Source: Frankiales bacterium (GTDB lineage Bacteria; Actinomycetota; Actinomycetes; Mycobacteriales; Geodermatophilaceae). Taken from it: DNA of 64,000 nucleotides. Location of the stretch: NCBI GenBank assembly GCA_025465155.1, contig JAODNJ010000403.1, positions 367 through 64,366 on the forward strand, given 5' to 3'. Position numbers and translations under genes: made by a program. Shown one piece after another: positions 9,100 through 21,246 of this stretch (positions within the stretch are counted from its first letter, which is position 1; each line of letters opens with the position of its first letter). The notes beneath the pieces were generated by a model. It searched no databases and was not told the DNA's origin. It worked only from the letters and a program-made list of their open reading frames with translations.

Positions 9100-10038
9100 A
9101 TGCTCTTTGCGATCCTCACCGGGGTCGGGGGCGCGCTCATCGTGTTCCTCCTGGTCTTCCTGCTCTTCTCCCTGAGCGGTGCACCGAAGCGGCACAACGG
9201 CGGCCGCCCGGCGGCCTGGGCGCTCCGCCTCCGTGCCACCAGGACCGATTCGGTGGCCCGACTCGGCCCGATCGGCGCATTCACCCTCTTTCTGGGCGCC
9301 GGCGTATTCCTGACGGCCGCGGCCGGTATCGCTCTGGGTGAAGCGCTGTCCCGGCTCGAGGGCGTGGTGGACCGGCCGACCTTCCATTGGGTCGAGCGAG
9401 TGCAGGATCACGATCTGGCACAGCTGGTCGAGACCATCGGCCGGATGGGCAACCTTCCGCAGACCCGCGGGGCCGGGGCGCTGGCCGCGATCGGCCTCGT
9501 CCTCCTGGCCCGGGGCCGCCGGTGGGTCCCCCCGCTCCTCATCGGGTCGGTGATCATTGTGCAGAAGTACGCCCAGACCGGGCTCGCCAAGATCGTGGAT
9601 CGTGGTCACCCGCCCACCACACTGGGCACGTATCCGTCCGGCGGCTGCGCCCGAACCGTGGTGATCTACGGCACGATCATGTTCCTGCTGCTGTTCTACG
9701 CCCGGGCCGGCCGGCGGTGGCAGGGCGCCGGGTGGGCACTGATCGCCATGCTCGCGTTCATCGAGGGCTACACCAGGACCTATCTCAACAAGCACTGGGT
9801 GACGGACGTGCTGGGCGGCTGGGCCTTCGGGCTCATGCTGCTCGTGGTGGTGGTGTTCGCCGGAAGGGCGCTGCTCCCGTCCCGCGACGGCACCGCGCCG
9901 GAAGGCCCCGCGCCCGGTCAGGCGACCGGGCGCACCCAGCCCCCGGTCTCGAGCACCTCGACCACTGCGGCCACGGCCTCCTGCGGAGTCATCGCCGACG
10001 TGTCGATCACCAACTCGGCGTCCTCGGGTTCCTCGTAG
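9100..10038 (+). CDS. PAP2-superfamily membrane protein with atypical catalytic motifs
   Basis: Multi-TM; C1-like KIVDRGHP, C2-like YPSGG, C3 TRTYLNKHWVTD. ATG 9100 is in ORF 8956..10038. Confidence 0.75.
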   Translation: MLFAILTGVGGALIVFLLVFLLFSLSGAPKRHNGGRPAAWALRLRATRTDSVARLGPIGAFTLFLGAGVFLTAAAGIALGEALSRLEGVVDRPTFHWVERVQDHDLAQLVETIGRMGNLPQTRGAGALAAIGLVLLARGRRWVPPLLIGSVIIVQKYAQTGLAKIVDRGHPPTTLGTYPSGGCARTVVIYGTIMFLLLFYARAGRRWQGAGWALIAMLAFIEGYTRTYLNKHWVTDVLGGWAFGLMLLVVVVFAGRALLPSRDGTAPEGPAPGQATGRTQPPVSSTSTTAATASCGVIADVSITNSASSGSS

Positions 10039-11495
10039 GGGTCGGAGACGCCGGTGAACTCCGGGATGAGACCCGCGCGGGCCTTGGCATAGAGCCCTTT
10101 CCGGTCGCGGCGCTCGCACTCCTCCAACGGAGTGGCGACATGGACCAGAAGGAAGTCGCCGACGGCGGACACCATGCGCCGCACCTCCGAGCGGGTCGCC
10201 GCGTAGGGAGCGATGGGCGCGCAGATCGCCACGCCGCCGTGCCGCGTGATCTCGGCGGCCACGAAGCCGATGCGGCGGATGTTGAGGTCGCGGTCCATGC
10301 GGGAGAACGTGAGCCCGGCCGACAGCAGGCGCCGGACCACGTCGCCGTCGAGCAGGCTCACCGTGCGGGTGGTGTGCTCGGCCAGCGCGTCGGCGAGCCC
10401 CCGGGCGATGGTCGACTTGCCGGATCCCGACAGCCCGGTGAAGAACACGGTCACGCCCCTGCGGTGCCGGGGCGGCCGGGCCGCGCCGAGCTCCGCGGCG
10501 ACGGCCGGCGTGGTGAACCACTCGGGGATCGGGTCGCCGCGGTCCAGCATCTCCTCGATGTCCCGCGTGGTGAGCTCGATCCGGGCATGGTCCGGCTCGA
10601 TCTTGGCGATGGGCCGCCATACCTCCAGCACGGAGTCGTAGGCCCACGGTTCCGGCACGGCGAGGGGGATGGCGGTGCCTTCGATCTCGGTATCGGGGGC
10701 CCCGTCGTGGCGCTGCTCGAGCCCTTCCGAGGCGTCGGCGAACAAATGGGTCGCGCCGTAGGTCCTGGCGACGTAGGAACGGAGGCGCAGGTCCCTCACG
10801 GGATCCGTGCGCCTGGTCAGCGGCACCGGCACGATCTGGGTGCCCTCCGGGAGCTCTCGGCGCACCGCCAGCAGCGCGCGGACCAGCGCGTCGTCGTACT
10901 CGTCGGACAGCAGGGCCAGGATGAGCACCCGCACTCCGTCGCGCCCCGCGCCCGGCCGGGCGCCCACTCCGGCCGCAAGCCTCTCGGTCACCTGCCTGAG
11001 CTGGCCCAGCTGGCGCCGGTGCAGCGGTTCGCGTGCCGCCACCGCGAGTACGGCCGTGGGCGCCGGCGGCCGCGTTCCGTCCGGCAGCGGCTCGCCGGAG
11101 AAGTCGACCTCACTGGGGCGGCGGCGCAGGCTGCGGAACCTGCCGTGTGCGGGCTCGCGCACCGGCTGGACCGAGCCGGCGAGCCGGTGGGTGCCGGTCG
11201 CCGGGTCCTGCCAGGCCTCGCTGACGTGCAGGAGGGCAAGGGGCAGCCCCTCGGGGTCCTGCAGGACGAGCCGCTGTTCCTTGGCCAGCTCCTCCGGTAC
11301 GGTCAAAACGACCGGAACCGGCCACGGCGTGCCGTCCGCGAGCCGCCCGCCGGCGATCACGGCGGCGGTGTCGATCGAGCCGAGGAAGCCGTTGAGCGGC
11401 GCGAAGGCTCCGGACAGCAGGAGCTCGAGGTCGGCCAGCTCGACCGGGTCGGGCGTCCACGTGGGCAGGTCGGGAATGTTGGATTCGGCGGTCAC
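9918..11495 (-). CDS. cysC: Adenylyl-sulfate kinase fused to a degenerate ATP-sulfurylase (Sat)-like N-terminal region
   Basis: N-terminal DLELLLSGAFAPLNGFL (Sat PUA-like). C-terminal APS kinase has FTGLSGSGKST, LDGD, R..NIRRIGFVA, RDRKGLY and FTGVSDPYEEP. Confidence 0.9.
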   Translation of the reverse strand: MTAESNIPDLPTWTPDPVELADLELLLSGAFAPLNGFLGSIDTAAVIAGGRLADGTPWPVPVVLTVPEELAKEQRLVLQDPEGLPLALLHVSEAWQDPATGTHRLAGSVQPVREPAHGRFRSLRRRPSEVDFSGEPLPDGTRPPAPTAVLAVAAREPLHRRQLGQLRQVTERLAAGVGARPGAGRDGVRVLILALLSDEYDDALVRALLAVRRELPEGTQIVPVPLTRRTDPVRDLRLRSYVARTYGATHLFADASEGLEQRHDGAPDTEIEGTAIPLAVPEPWAYDSVLEVWRPIAKIEPDHARIELTTRDIEEMLDRGDPIPEWFTTPAVAAELGAARPPRHRRGVTVFFTGLSGSGKSTIARGLADALAEHTTRTVSLLDGDVVRRLLSAGLTFSRMDRDLNIRRIGFVAAEITRHGGVAICAPIAPYAATRSEVRRMVSAVGDFLLVHVATPLEECERRDRKGLYAKARAGLIPEFTGVSDPYEEPEDAELVIDTSAMTPQEAVAAVVEVLETGGWVRPVA

Positions 11496-11620
11496 ATGAC
11501 TCTCCGCTCAGATCAGCGCAAGGATCCAGCGATCAAACGTTAATGCTGGTCAGCGCCGAGCGCACATCGAGGGAACACAATGGGAGGGTCGTAGTCCAAA
11601 GGCCGTGATCCCAGGACCTG

Positions 11621-12502
11621 TCAGATGACGCGGGCGAAGCGGTTCTCGGGTTTGCGGATCACCAGGGTCACGTCGCTGTGGCCGGCGCTCAGCCGGCCCC
11701 GCGACATCGCGGCGACCAGACGGCAGATGCCGCTGACCACGTGGCTCCAGCGGCCGAAGGCGGCCACCGTGTCGAGAGAGGTGTACTCCTCGGCGATCAT
11801 CAGGCCGCGCATCACGCAGTAACTCCGCATGCCCTCACGGGAGGCGATCGCCTCATAGACGGCCGGCGGCGGGGCCGCCGTGTCCGCTCCCGCGGAACGG
11901 TCCTCGCCGGCCTCGATCCCCCGCGCGACTTCGGGATCGCCATCGGCGAGTTCGCGGCGCTGTGCGTGCTCGGCGCCGCCCGTACCGCTCCGGGGCCGCT
12001 CGGTCCCGGCCGGCGACAGCCGCTGCCACGCGAGAGCGCGCAGCCAGCCCGGCAGGACACGGTCGATGAAGCCGTAGGAGCTGGCCCGGTCGCGGAACCG
12101 CATGAGCAGGAGCCCTCCCGGCTTCAGCGCGGCGACGAACCGGTCGAGGACCAGCTCGGCATGCTGGACCCGCTCGATGAGGAAGTGCGCGTGCACGATG
12201 TCGTACATGCGCGGCGGCATGGGCACGGTGCGCAGGTCGCCGAGGTGCCAGGCATCGAGGTCCGCGCGGGCGCGGGTGTGCGCCCGCACCGAGGGCGTGT
12301 CCACGTCCACCCCCGTGACATGCCGCTCCTTGGCGCCGAGGTGGAGTCCATCGCCCCAGCCGCAACCGGCCTCCAATATCTGGATCCGCTGCAGGGGCTT
12401 CTGGTAGGCGTACTCGCGGGCACGCACCGAGAAGAGCTGGGTCGGATGGCGCGGCCCGGTTGACTCGCCGTCGTTGACCGACGGCGTCCGCAGATCGGTC
12501 AC
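11621..12502 (-). CDS. Class I SAM-dependent methyltransferase
   Basis: ILEAGCG motif I, VTGVD, GDL, YDIVH, LKPGGLL. The upstream part of ORF 11621..13009 is antisense to mfd, so GTG 12502 was chosen. Confidence 0.8.
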   Translation of the reverse strand: MTDLRTPSVNDGESTGPRHPTQLFSVRAREYAYQKPLQRIQILEAGCGWGDGLHLGAKERHVTGVDVDTPSVRAHTRARADLDAWHLGDLRTVPMPPRMYDIVHAHFLIERVQHAELVLDRFVAALKPGGLLLMRFRDRASSYGFIDRVLPGWLRALAWQRLSPAGTERPRSGTGGAEHAQRRELADGDPEVARGIEAGEDRSAGADTAAPPPAVYEAIASREGMRSYCVMRGLMIAEEYTSLDTVAAFGRWSHVVSGICRLVAAMSRGRLSAGHSDVTLVIRKPENRFARVI

Positions 12503-12724
12503 GATATCGCAGCGTAGCCATCCGGCTGCGGAGTGTCCGCTATTTACGTATTCTTGACGTGTCTTGGGTGGTAGCGCTAAGTCCCCGCCCGTGTGCCGCC
12601 CGGGGCGGGGGGAGGGCCGCGTAGGCTGGTTGGGCAGCCCGGGCCTGACGGTTTCCGGGTTGTTCGGGCTGCACCGACGAGGCGACGCCCCCGCCTGACC
12701 CCGGCAGAAAATCTTTGGCAGAAA

Positions 12725-16270
<3,546 letters not shown>

Positions 16271-16319
16271 ACTCCTGGCACCCGTCGTGATCATGCTTAA
16301 CGGACGTGATTGGAAGCCC

Positions 16320-16994
16320 GTGTTGCGGACATCTTTGCGAGCGGTCGTCATCGGCGCCGCGGCCGTCCTCGCCGCAGGCGCGCTCAGCGCGTGCCAGCCG
16401 GTGAAGATGGGCGCCGCCGCGACCATCGGCGACCAGCGCATCACGACCGCGGAGCTCGACGCGGTCGTCGTGGACTGGCGCAGCCAGTTCACCCGGAACC
16501 CCGACGCCGGCCAGCTCCAGCAGCAGCTGCAGCAGCAGGGCCACCAGGTCCCCTTCGACCCGGCCTCGCCGGTGCGCAGCGCGCTCTACCAGCTCGTCGA
16601 GATCAAGGTGTGGGATCAGGTGGCCCGGCAGAAGGGCATCGCCGTCTCCAAGGGCCAGGTGGACGAGATCATCTCGCGCAACGGCGGCGATCGGGCGGTC
16701 CAGGCCAACCTCCTGGCCAGTGATCTCCCGGCTCGCTACAGCCGCGAGTTCGTACGGTCCGGGATGATCATCCGTGCCGTCGCGGCGCAGGCCGGCGCGG
16801 TGGTGACCGGTCAGGGGCCGGTCGACCAGCAGAAGCAGCAGGACGCCATGCGCCAGGTCCAGGCCGCCTACGCCGCCGCGGCCACGTCGCTCCGCGTCAA
16901 AATCAACCCGCGCTATGGGTCCTTCGACCCGGCTCAGGGGGGCATGGGCGCCGTGGCCTACAGGCTGTCCAAGACCGCCTCGGGCACCGTCTGA
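16320..16994 (+). CDS. SurA N-terminal-domain lipoprotein
   Basis: Lipobox LSAC, GAAATIGDQRIT, C-terminal VKINPRYGSFD; syntenic between mfd and mazG. Start uncertain (16293 or 16320). Confidence 0.7.
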   Translation: MLRTSLRAVVIGAAAVLAAGALSACQPVKMGAAATIGDQRITTAELDAVVVDWRSQFTRNPDAGQLQQQLQQQGHQVPFDPASPVRSALYQLVEIKVWDQVARQKGIAVSKGQVDEIISRNGGDRAVQANLLASDLPARYSREFVRSGMIIRAVAAQAGAVVTGQGPVDQQKQQDAMRQVQAAYAAAATSLRVKINPRYGSFDPAQGGMGAVAYRLSKTASGTV

Positions 16995-16995
16995 C

Positions 16996-17958
16996 ATGTC
17001 CCTCGTCCTGCTCGCCACCACCCACCGGGTCGCGCCCGGCGTGCTCACCTGGCCGGCCTGGCAGACGTTGCGGTCGGCCTCCCGGGTCCTCGTGGGCTCC
17101 GACGACCATCCGCAGCTGCCCTATCTCCGAGAGGCCGGTGTCGACTACGAGCGGGCACCGGCCGACGCCCGCGCGCTCGTCGAGGCGGCACGCTCCGGCA
17201 GCGTCGTCTGGATGGCCGCGCCGGATGGGGACGAGCGGCTGCTCCGCGAGATCGGCACGCTCCTGGTGTCGGGCGAGGGCAAGGCCGTGGACATGGAGGT
17301 GCTGCACGGCTCCTACGACCTCCCGGGCGCCCGGCTGCTCGATCTGGTGTCGGTCATGGACACGCTCCGGCGCGAGTGCCCGTGGGACCGCGAGCAGACG
17401 CACGCCTCGCTGGCCCCCTACCTGCTCGAGGAGTCCTACGAGGTCGTCGACACCATCGACGGCGGTGACCTGCACGGGCTCCGTGAGGAGCTCGGCGATG
17501 TGCTCATGCAGGTGGCCTTTCATTCGGTGGTGGCCTCCGAGCGTTCCGGTGACACGCACTTCACCATCGACGACGTGGCCGGTGGCATCGTGGACAAGCT
17601 CGTACGCCGCCACCCGCACGTGTTCGCGGACGTGACGGTCGCCGACGCCGACGAGGTCAACGCCAACTGGGAGCAGATCAAGGCGGCCGAGCGCGCCGCC
17701 AAGAGCGACGACCACTCGATCTTCGACGGAGTGCCGATGGGGCAGCCCGCGCTGTCGCTGGCCGCGAAGCTCCAGCGCCGGGCCGCCCGGGCGCAGGCGC
17801 CCGCGGAGCTGTTCACCGAGGTCGGCGAGGGACTCGGGGCCGAGTTGTTCGAGCTGGTGGCGCGGGCCCGCGCGGAGGGCCGTGACCCGGAGGCCGAACT
17901 GCGGGAGATCGCCCGGAATTTCCGCGAACGCGTCCGGGAGTGGGAGCAGGATCGTTAG
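16996..17958 (+). CDS. mazG: MazG-family nucleoside triphosphate pyrophosphohydrolase with YabN-like N-terminal domain
   Basis: CPWDREQTHASL..YLLEESYE, EELGDVL.QV.FH, KLVRRHPHVF, NWEQIKAAE. Confidence 0.92.
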   Translation: MSLVLLATTHRVAPGVLTWPAWQTLRSASRVLVGSDDHPQLPYLREAGVDYERAPADARALVEAARSGSVVWMAAPDGDERLLREIGTLLVSGEGKAVDMEVLHGSYDLPGARLLDLVSVMDTLRRECPWDREQTHASLAPYLLEESYEVVDTIDGGDLHGLREELGDVLMQVAFHSVVASERSGDTHFTIDDVAGGIVDKLVRRHPHVFADVTVADADEVNANWEQIKAAERAAKSDDHSIFDGVPMGQPALSLAAKLQRRAARAQAPAELFTEVGEGLGAELFELVARARAEGRDPEAELREIARNFRERVREWEQDR

Positions 17959-17991
17959 GGCTGCGGGATCTACGCGTTCTAGGCTGTCCCT

Positions 17992-20310
17992 GTGGTGTCA
18001 CGCGGGGAGGCACGTGGTGGCGCATCGCTTCATGCCGTGAGCCGTCTTGCCGGGATGGGGGCCATCGCGGGTGTGCTGGCCGCCCTGACGGCGCTGCCCG
18101 TCGCCTGTACGGCAGGGGTGGGCGCGCGCGACGCCGCTGACTGGTTACGCACCATGCCGCGTGACCTGCGTCCTCCGACGCTGCCGCAGCAGTCCAGGAT
18201 CCTCGCGGCCGACGGCTCCACGCTCGCGACGTTCTTCTTGGAGAACCGGGTGGAGATACCACTCGCGCAGGTCGCGCCGATAGCCCGCAAGTCCGTGCTG
18301 GCGGTCGAGGACAGCCGCTTCTACCAGCACGGGGCGCTCGACTCGCATGGCACGGTGCGGGCACTGCTGCAGAACGTGCAGGCCGGCAAGGTGACCCAGG
18401 GCGGCTCCGGCATCACCCAGCAATACGTGAAGAACCTGCTGTTCGAGATGGCCACCACCGACGAGGAGCGGCGCGCCGCGCTCGACGTGACGCCCGCGCG
18501 CAAGGTCCGGGAACTGCGGTACGCCGTGGCCCTGGAGCGGCGGATGCCCAAGGACGAGATCCTGCAGAACTACCTCAACATCGCCTATTTCGGGGACGGT
18601 GCGTACGGCATCGAGGCGGCGGCCCGGCACTACTACGGCAAGCCCGCCGCCAATCTGAGGCTCGCGGAGGCCGCGACGCTGGCCGGGCTCGTGCGCTATC
18701 CGCACGCCTACAACCCCAACCTGCATCCCGAGGCCGCCCGCGCGCGCCGTGACGTCGTGCTGGGCCGGCTGTCCTCGCTGGGCTGGATCCCGCGGGACGA
18801 GGCCGCGGCCGCGGCCCGCGAGCCCCTGGGCCTGCGGATACGGCACACCCCGAACGGCTGCATGACCAGCCGGGCGTCCTTTTTCTGCGACTACGTGCAG
18901 CGCGAGCTGCTGGCCAACCCGGTCTTCGGGAGCACCCTCGAGGAACGGCGGCGGCTGCTCGAGCGCGGCGGCCTGACCATCCGCACAACGCTCGACTGGC
19001 AGGTGCAGCGCGCCGCCCAGCGCGCCCTCGACCGCCAGGTGCCGCCGAAGAACTCCGCCCGCAAGGCGGCCGCCGAGGCGCTGATCGAACCCGGCACAGG
19101 GGAGATCAGGGGCCTGGCGGTGGACCGTAGCCTCGGGCCGGACAAGGAGCGGGGCAAGACCTGGATCAACTTCGCGGCCGACGCCTCCCACGGCTCCAGC
19201 ATCGGGATGCAGGCCGGGTCGACCTTCAAGGTGTTCACGCTGGCCACGGCCCTCGAGGAGGGGATGCCCTTCGGGCAGCGGCTCATGGCGCCGCGGCGGT
19301 TCCAGCCCATGGGCTACCGCAACTGCAGGGGCCAGCGGGTGGGCGACACCACGCTGCTGCGCAATTCCGCCGACGGTGAGGGCGGCAGGTCCTTCACCCT
19401 GCTGACCGGCACGCACCACTCCGTGAACACGTTCTTCCTCAGCCTCGAGCGAAAGGTGGGGCTCTGCGACACCGCCACCATGGCCGAAAAACTCGGCCTG
19501 CGGCAGGCGAGTGGCGCGCCCCTGGCGCAGTACCCGTCCTTCACGCTGGGCTTCAACACCGTCTCACCCGTACGCATGGCGGCCGCCTACGCGGCGTTCG
19601 CCGCACGCGGACGCTACTGCGAGCCCATCGCGATCAAGGAGATCACCGACACCACCGGCCGGCACCTGCGGGCGCCCGAGCCGCAGTGCCGGCAGGCCAT
19701 GCGCGCGGGTGCCGCCGACGCCGTCAACCACGTGCTGCGCGGGGTGCTGACCGAGGGCACCGCCCGAGGTCGTGGCATCGGCCGGCCGGCCGCGGGCAAG
19801 ACCGGGACGGTGGACAACTTCTCGGCGGCCTGGTTCGCGGGATACACGCCCGACCTCGCCGCGGCGGTCTGGGTGGGCGACCCGCGCGGCGGCTACGCGC
19901 ATCCGATGAACAGCCTCTGCATGGACGGCCGGTGCTATGGGCCGGTGTTCGGCGCGACGATCCCGGCACCGATCTGGCAGGACACCATGATCCACGCGTT
20001 GGGCGGAAAACCGGTCCAGCGGTTCCATCGACCGCCGGCACACTATTTCAGCAAGGGCTCCGGCGCGGACGCCATACGCGTGCCGGACGTACGCGGCCTC
20101 AAGCCGGCCGAGGCCATCGGGCGTCTGCGCGCGTCCGGGTTCACGGTTCGCATGGCGCCCAAGCCCATTCCGTCGAAGAAGTACAAGGCCGGGACCGTCA
20201 CCGGGGCCAGTCCCGGCCCGGGCGCCGCCGTCGAGCCGGGCACTGTCGTGACCCTCTACGTCAGTGATGGGAAGCCGGACCACTCCGCGTCTCCCACCCC
20301 ATCGCCCTGA
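17992..20310 (+). CDS. Class A penicillin-binding protein (transglycosylase + transpeptidase + PASTA)
   Basis: EDSRF..H, GGSGITQQYVKN, RKVRE, YLN..YFG; SxxK (STFK), SxN (SVN), KTG; C-terminal PASTA (VPDVRG). Start uncertain (17992 or 18037). Confidence 0.92.
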   Translation: MVSRGEARGGASLHAVSRLAGMGAIAGVLAALTALPVACTAGVGARDAADWLRTMPRDLRPPTLPQQSRILAADGSTLATFFLENRVEIPLAQVAPIARKSVLAVEDSRFYQHGALDSHGTVRALLQNVQAGKVTQGGSGITQQYVKNLLFEMATTDEERRAALDVTPARKVRELRYAVALERRMPKDEILQNYLNIAYFGDGAYGIEAAARHYYGKPAANLRLAEAATLAGLVRYPHAYNPNLHPEAARARRDVVLGRLSSLGWIPRDEAAAAAREPLGLRIRHTPNGCMTSRASFFCDYVQRELLANPVFGSTLEERRRLLERGGLTIRTTLDWQVQRAAQRALDRQVPPKNSARKAAAEALIEPGTGEIRGLAVDRSLGPDKERGKTWINFAADASHGSSIGMQAGSTFKVFTLATALEEGMPFGQRLMAPRRFQPMGYRNCRGQRVGDTTLLRNSADGEGGRSFTLLTGTHHSVNTFFLSLERKVGLCDTATMAEKLGLRQASGAPLAQYPSFTLGFNTVSPVRMAAAYAAFAARGRYCEPIAIKEITDTTGRHLRAPEPQCRQAMRAGAADAVNHVLRGVLTEGTARGRGIGRPAAGKTGTVDNFSAAWFAGYTPDLAAAVWVGDPRGGYAHPMNSLCMDGRCYGPVFGATIPAPIWQDTMIHALGGKPVQRFHRPPAHYFSKGSGADAIRVPDVRGLKPAEAIGRLRASGFTVRMAPKPIPSKKYKAGTVTGASPGPGAAVEPGTVVTLYVSDGKPDHSASPTPSP

Positions 20311-20325
20311 GAGGCGCGCATCCCG

Positions 20326-21246
20326 TCAGTTGCGGGTGCTGAGGCCCCGGCGCGTGCGGAGGGTGCGGTCGGCCAGGCCGAAGAGCTGGTCGATCACGAT
20401 TCCGATGACCAAGATGACGATCATGACTGAGATCATCGCCGCCGTGTCGTTGAGCTCCCGCGAGTCCGACAGCAGCCGGCCCACCGAGGAGGTCGTCCCG
20501 ATCTGGACCAGCAGCTCACCCGCCATGAGACTGCGCCAGGCGAAGGCCCAGCCCTGCTTGAGACCGGCGACGAACGCGGGCAGCGACGCGGGCATGATCA
20601 AGTGCCGGTACAGCGACACGCCGCGGAGCCCCATCACCTTGCCGGCCCTGAGCAGGATGGGCGGCAGGTAGTCCACCCCCGCGATCAGGCCGTTGGCGAT
20701 CGACGGCGTCGCGCCGAGCACGACCACGAACATGATCGCACTCTCGCTCAGCTGGAACAGCAGGATGGCCAGCGGGAACCACGCGATCGAGGGCATCGTC
20801 TGCAAGCCGGTGATCAATGAGCCGAAGGCCCGCCGGAGCACGCTCGAGCGAGAGACCACCGCGCCCAGGACCACGCCGGCGAGCACGGACACCGCGAACC
20901 CGAGCAGGGCGCGCCACATCGTCAGGCCGACGGCACCCCAGAAGGCTCCGCTGGTGAGCAAGCCGCCCAGCTTGGGCAGCACGTCCGCCGGCCCCGGCAG
21001 GACCCAGGACTCCTTCCAGCCGCTCAAGACGACCGCCTGCCAGATCGCGAGGGCGATGAGCACCGCCGCGGCGACGGGCCAGAGGGCCGACCAGACGCGG
21101 GCCAGGGGGTTGCGGCGGGAGGTGCTCGCCAGCTCCAGCGCGTCGAGTCCGGTGATGTGCCGGTTGACGAGCGGCTCCGGGCCCTCGTCGCCGCTTCGCC
21201 GTCGCGTTTGCGTGGTCATCGTGGCATCCGCCTTCTCAGTGCCCAT
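20326..21246 (-). CDS. NitT/TauT/SsuC-type ABC permease
   Basis: GLQTMPSIAWFP, GLKQGWAFAWRSLMAGE; start overlaps the ATPase stop. Confidence 0.9.
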   Translation of the reverse strand: MGTEKADATMTTQTRRRSGDEGPEPLVNRHITGLDALELASTSRRNPLARVWSALWPVAAAVLIALAIWQAVVLSGWKESWVLPGPADVLPKLGGLLTSGAFWGAVGLTMWRALLGFAVSVLAGVVLGAVVSRSSVLRRAFGSLITGLQTMPSIAWFPLAILLFQLSESAIMFVVVLGATPSIANGLIAGVDYLPPILLRAGKVMGLRGVSLYRHLIMPASLPAFVAGLKQGWAFAWRSLMAGELLVQIGTTSSVGRLLSDSRELNDTAAMISVMIVILVIGIVIDQLFGLADRTLRTRRGLSTRN

